Positions 25,749 through 28,812 of a stretch of 28,812 nucleotides of DNA are shown in pieces; the stretch's first letter is position 1; every line of letters starts with the position of its first letter. Where the stretch lies: positions 1 to 28,812 of the IMG/VR virus record IMGVR_UViG_3300005512_000240; one strand, written 5' to 3'. Origin of the DNA: a virus. Lineage: Duplodnaviria; Caudoviricetes. A model generated the notes under the pieces. The model searched no databases. It was not told where the DNA came from and worked only from the letters and a program-made list of their open reading frames with translations. Made by a program: the position numbers and the translations under genes.

Positions 25749-25928
25749 ATGGTCGACTTTATCACTCAAAATTGGTCCGACATAGTGGCGATCGCTGGTG
25801 CACTGCACCTATTAGCACTGGCTATTATAAACGTCACACCGACACCTAAAGATAATGAGGTGTATGGTAAGTTCTACAAGGTGATTGAGCGCCTGGCTGG
25901 TATCTTCACCAAAACTGCCAAGCAATGA
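25749..25928 (+). CDS. 59-aa membrane protein with TPTPKD motif, holin-like candidate (not in ORF track)
   Basis: MVDFITQNWSDIVAIAGALHLLALAIINVTPTPKDNEVYGKFYKVIERLAGIFTKTAKQ; one TM helix; TATATT 21 nt upstream. Confidence 0.75.
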   Translation: MVDFITQNWSDIVAIAGALHLLALAIINVTPTPKDNEVYGKFYKVIERLAGIFTKTAKQ

Positions 25929-25942
25929 GCTTTAGTCTAAAT

Positions 25943-26380
25943 TTAAGACTCAGTGAGATCGGCGCCCTCGTCGTCGGTCTCTTTTTTAATACCTGAAGGT
26001 AAGATCGGAACAAGCGGTATTTTACACAGCTCCTCGTACACACGAGCTGCTTCAACCTGCTCATGATCCATATTTAACCACTCCAGTATCTTTAGTTCTT
26101 TATCCTCGCTCCAAAATCTTTGTTGGCGGAACCAAGTTAAATGGTCTTCGTCACTTTTCGCTAGATTACATACCCCACAACATGCCACGAGGTTCCAACG
26201 TCGTGTTGGTCCCCCTTTTGACTTCGGTATTACATGATCTAACGTGTGTGCTCTATCAGAATCACAATATGCACACTTATTTTCCCAAGTATCTAAAATA
26301 TCTTTACGAAACTTTTTTCGCGCAGTTCTGCGATTTAAACACTGTAAATTAAATACGAGTTCCTGTTCGGAATTGCTCAC
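25943..26380 (-). CDS. HNH endonuclease (McrA-like)
   Basis: CAYC...TLDHVIPKSKGG....NLVACCGVCNLAKS. Confidence 0.92.
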   Translation of the reverse strand: MSNSEQELVFNLQCLNRRTARKKFRKDILDTWENKCAYCDSDRAHTLDHVIPKSKGGPTRRWNLVACCGVCNLAKSDEDHLTWFRQQRFWSEDKELKILEWLNMDHEQVEAARVYEELCKIPLVPILPSGIKKETDDEGADLTES

Positions 26381-26435
26381 CTTTCGGGTGCGCCTACCCC
26401 TAGTCTACTTAAATTTTGTAATGGTTAAAACAAAA

Positions 26436-27047
26436 TTAGTAAGCTTGCGCAAACCTAATTACGCGAAAAACAGTTGAGTCTGAAGTATTAGAAAAAGCAT
26501 TTAAAGAAATTTGGCCTCCCGACAATTCACCACTGTAAGCTGCAAGAACACCGCTAGTGTAAACAGGATTATACCCAGATAAGGAAACTGCTGTACTATT
26601 ATGTAGTAACTTTAAATCATCTGATTGAACCTCATTGCCACGTTTGGCTTGAATTTGGTACGTGGCGCTGCTATAAGTTCCGCTACCAAACGTATCAAGC
26701 TGTACGCCAACAGTCGAAAGGCTTTCAACATTATCTAAAAAACCAACAGATCCTTCAGTGGATGGAAAAGGAGAGTTTGCGGATAGTTGGTACGCTTGTT
26801 CTGCTCGCACTAAGGCAGCGTTGCCAGAAGCCTGAGCTTTACCATCAATGCCTAAACGATTATTGTTATCGATTAACAACCCGCTAGGTTGCGCAGAAAG
26901 ATAAATATCAAGACGTGAACCCTCTTGTACTAGGCCACCGCCAGAAAGTCCACTACCAGCAGTTAACTCACCTCCAGTAACACCATCTCCAGGTGGCAAC
27001 TGGTTTATAACACCACTGACTAAAACTAGCGGACGGTAGATAGCCAT
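26436..27047 (-). CDS. probable virion structural protein
   Basis: RPLVLVSG..QLP.GD N-terminus; C-terminal DTF....YSSATYQIQ...LLHN...VFRVIR domain of a type seen in cyanophage structural proteins. Confidence 0.7.
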   Translation of the reverse strand: MAIYRPLVLVSGVINQLPPGDGVTGGELTAGSGLSGGGLVQEGSRLDIYLSAQPSGLLIDNNNRLGIDGKAQASGNAALVRAEQAYQLSANSPFPSTEGSVGFLDNVESLSTVGVQLDTFGSGTYSSATYQIQAKRGNEVQSDDLKLLHNSTAVSLSGYNPVYTSGVLAAYSGELSGGQISLNAFSNTSDSTVFRVIRFAQAY

Positions 27048-27078
27048 AAACTTAGTTCCTCTTTACCATAATAGCTCA

Positions 27079-27588
27079 TCAGCTATTAAGAATAATCGGC
27101 GGTTGGGTTTCAACATCAAGTTCACTGTTACTTACGGCATAACCAACGGCAACAGAGACTTGATATTCGTTTGAGCCTGAAGCTGATATTAAACCTGACG
27201 CTGTACTATAACGTGTGATTTGACCATTGTATTTAGATAAATAGTAGTAGTTGCCGGGAACAAGGCCAGTCTCTGCTGTTACATTTGCGCCCCCAATTGA
27301 GACAATTCCATCGGTGCTTACCGCAACGCCAGAACCAACAAGCGCGGCCTCCGTGGTTGCGCCGATTACACCATAATTTGTAGGTGCGACGCCACTGAGC
27401 GCTGAAGCTTTAAGAACGTATGTGCCACTGACATAAACAAAGTCTCCCTGGATTAAAGTCTCACCAGCTGTATAACTTTGAGACGCAGGTGGTTCTAGCG
27501 AAACTCCCTCGCCGTCAAGAATCCAAACTTCACCGCCTCCAGGATTAAAACTCCTGAAACTACGAGCAAATATATTGCGGTTAGCCAC
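27079..27588 (-). CDS. probable capsid decoration/fibre-like protein
   Basis: AGETL..GD.VYV...KASA...VIG...GLVPG.YYYLS...G.IT...VGYAVS pattern. Confidence 0.65.
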   Translation of the reverse strand: MANRNIFARSFRSFNPGGGEVWILDGEGVSLEPPASQSYTAGETLIQGDFVYVSGTYVLKASALSGVAPTNYGVIGATTEAALVGSGVAVSTDGIVSIGGANVTAETGLVPGNYYYLSKYNGQITRYSTASGLISASGSNEYQVSVAVGYAVSNSELDVETQPPIILNS

Positions 27589-27613
27589 GATAAATCAATC
27601 CTCTATGTATATT

Positions 27614-28159
27614 TTAGAGCCTCGCGGCTTCTAAATTATAAGCAATTCCGTTAATAGTTATCGGATATAGAACGTTTGGTGTTAACGTACCGCTCATAAT
27701 GATATTTCCAGCATCGACAAATTTTTCAACACTTAAACCTTTATCGCAACGTAAGCTTGACGTTGAGATTGTAAATGTCCCATCCGATGAGTTTGTGAAT
27801 AAACTATCGCTTGATGGTGTTACTTGAGACCCGCTTTGGTACAAACCGCTGGCTTGGATATAGCCTTCAACCTGCGTCCAAGTACCAAAAATTGGGCCTC
27901 CAGCTCTAGGCACATACGAACCGGACACATGGATATTGACGTCATAACCGGTCAGTGTGCGGTTAAATCCATCAATTTGATCCTGGAAGTTTCCGCTAGA
28001 TCCGGCTATTCTTTGAATATCCGTGGGCTCTACACCACCAGGGAATGCAACCCCTTGGATACGTTCAACAGACGCAATATTAATGCCGAGGTTTACCAGG
28101 GCCTGATCCCTGTTCTCTAGATCGGATAAATTATTATCGCGAACTAAACCCCTCGGCAT
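27614..28159 (-). CDS. probable tail/fibre-associated structural protein
   Basis: NNLSDL....AL.NLG motif common at fibre N-termini; S/G/T-rich. Confidence 0.65.
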   Translation of the reverse strand: MPRGLVRDNNLSDLENRDQALVNLGINIASVERIQGVAFPGGVEPTDIQRIAGSSGNFQDQIDGFNRTLTGYDVNIHVSGSYVPRAGGPIFGTWTQVEGYIQASGLYQSGSQVTPSSDSLFTNSSDGTFTISTSSLRCDKGLSVEKFVDAGNIIMSGTLTPNVLYPITINGIAYNLEAARL

Positions 28160-28193
28160 AACTTTTTCCTATTTAATTTTTATTCTACTGTTT

Positions 28194-28496
28194 TTACCAA
28201 GGAACTCCCGCCATTTTGGTGGGGTGAGTTTTCTCGTCGATTTGAGCTTGCAGTGCAGCTTCGATCTCGGCAACTTTTTCGTCACCGAACTTTTCTTTTA
28301 CCCAGCCAACCACAGTCTCTTCAGTTAGCTGATCAAAAGGAATCAGATTGTCAGGACGCTCCAGCCCTAAAGATCCATAGGCCCCTGCAGAGTAAGTACC
28401 ATCTTCTGCATTAACGGTATAGTGTACGGTAAACACAAAACCGTCAGCAGTCTCCCTCTCCATGTTGGCAATGCGCCAGGAAAATGTGGTGGCCAT
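28194..28496 (-). CDS. conserved small phage protein, usually tail-fibre-adjacent
   Basis: W.IANMER..DG.V.TVHY...IPFDQLTEE.V.GWVK...GVPW pattern. Confidence 0.8.
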   Translation of the reverse strand: MATTFSWRIANMERETADGFVFTVHYTVNAEDGTYSAGAYGSLGLERPDNLIPFDQLTEETVVGWVKEKFGDEKVAEIEAALQAQIDEKTHPTKMAGVPW

Positions 28497-28555
28497 TTGA
28501 TCAGTAGAAATTTTCTTTTATTGTACCAGATTTTAAAGCTTTGTAGTGACTCACA

Positions 28556-28744
28556 CTACCCAACCCTGGAGCCACTGTCAATAGAATCTGCGTCCTCATT
28601 GAATGACTGCTGGAACTCCGCCCAGTTTTTATCTAATTGTTTTTCTGCCCAGCCCCAAACTCCATGCTCCATACCATCGATGCCAGCACATTCAATCTCT
28701 TCTTTAATAAGAAAACGAAGCATTTCGATTTGTTCTTGGTTCAT
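28556..28744 (-). CDS. small hypothetical protein
   Basis: Likely ATG 28744 with TACAAT 24 nt upstream; 62 aa. Confidence 0.6.
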   Translation of the reverse strand: MNQEQIEMLRFLIKEEIECAGIDGMEHGVWGWAEKQLDKNWAEFQQSFNEDADSIDSGSRVG

Positions 28745-28812
28745 GGCAATCAAAACAACAACACTGACATTGTAGCGTCAAAGACTAAGAAGCTTAGCCA
28801 ATCTTGATCGAA

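Noticed and set aside
25788-25795. HIP1 octamer GCGATCGC
   Set aside because: Only one copy noticed in 28.8 kb, consistent with chance
25943-26380. HNH genes as intron-encoded or mobile elements
   Set aside because: Free-standing with intact neighbours; no split host gene or intron structure seen
331-28775. Numerous antisense or alternate-frame ORFs in the track (e.g. 348-758 -, 4746-5159 -, 22350-22886 +, 23423-23836 -, 28422-28775 +)
   Set aside because: They lie within well-supported genes and have no motifs or start context; treated as shadow ORFs

Overview
A gene-dense 28.8-kb segment of a large tailed dsDNA phage, most likely a cyanophage (it carries an nblA homologue and several small proteins of types I recognise from cyanophages). 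No integrase, host housekeeping gene, rRNA, tRNA or CRISPR array was seen. The left ~21.4 kb is mostly + strand. It holds small accessory ORFs, a metallophosphoesterase, a MarR-like HTH and dCTP deaminase; a sigma70-promoter-driven cluster (140-aa ORF, DUF3150-like protein, RavA-like MoxR AAA+ ATPase, ViaA-like VWA protein); a PadR-like winged helix and a family A DNA polymerase; a paralogous cluster of small proteins built from a shared N-terminal leader and a ~36-aa repeat domain; and a replication/recombination module (degenerate HNH-HTH, tandem-OB SSB, antisense nblA, degenerate DNA methyltransferase, PD-(D/E)XK exonuclease, primase-SF3 helicase). The right ~7.4 kb is mostly - strand: ThyX, HNH proteins, a GH24 lysozyme-C39 peptidase endolysin and probable virion proteins. 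Five ORFs under 60 aa that are missing from the supplied track were found by hand. The most notable observations are the leader/repeat-domain family, the DUF3150-MoxR-VWA operon with an upstream motif shared with the PadR-like gene, a fixed-distance -10-like hexamer in front of many individual genes, and two apparent pseudoenzymes. All family assignments come from motif recognition by eye; no database search was run.
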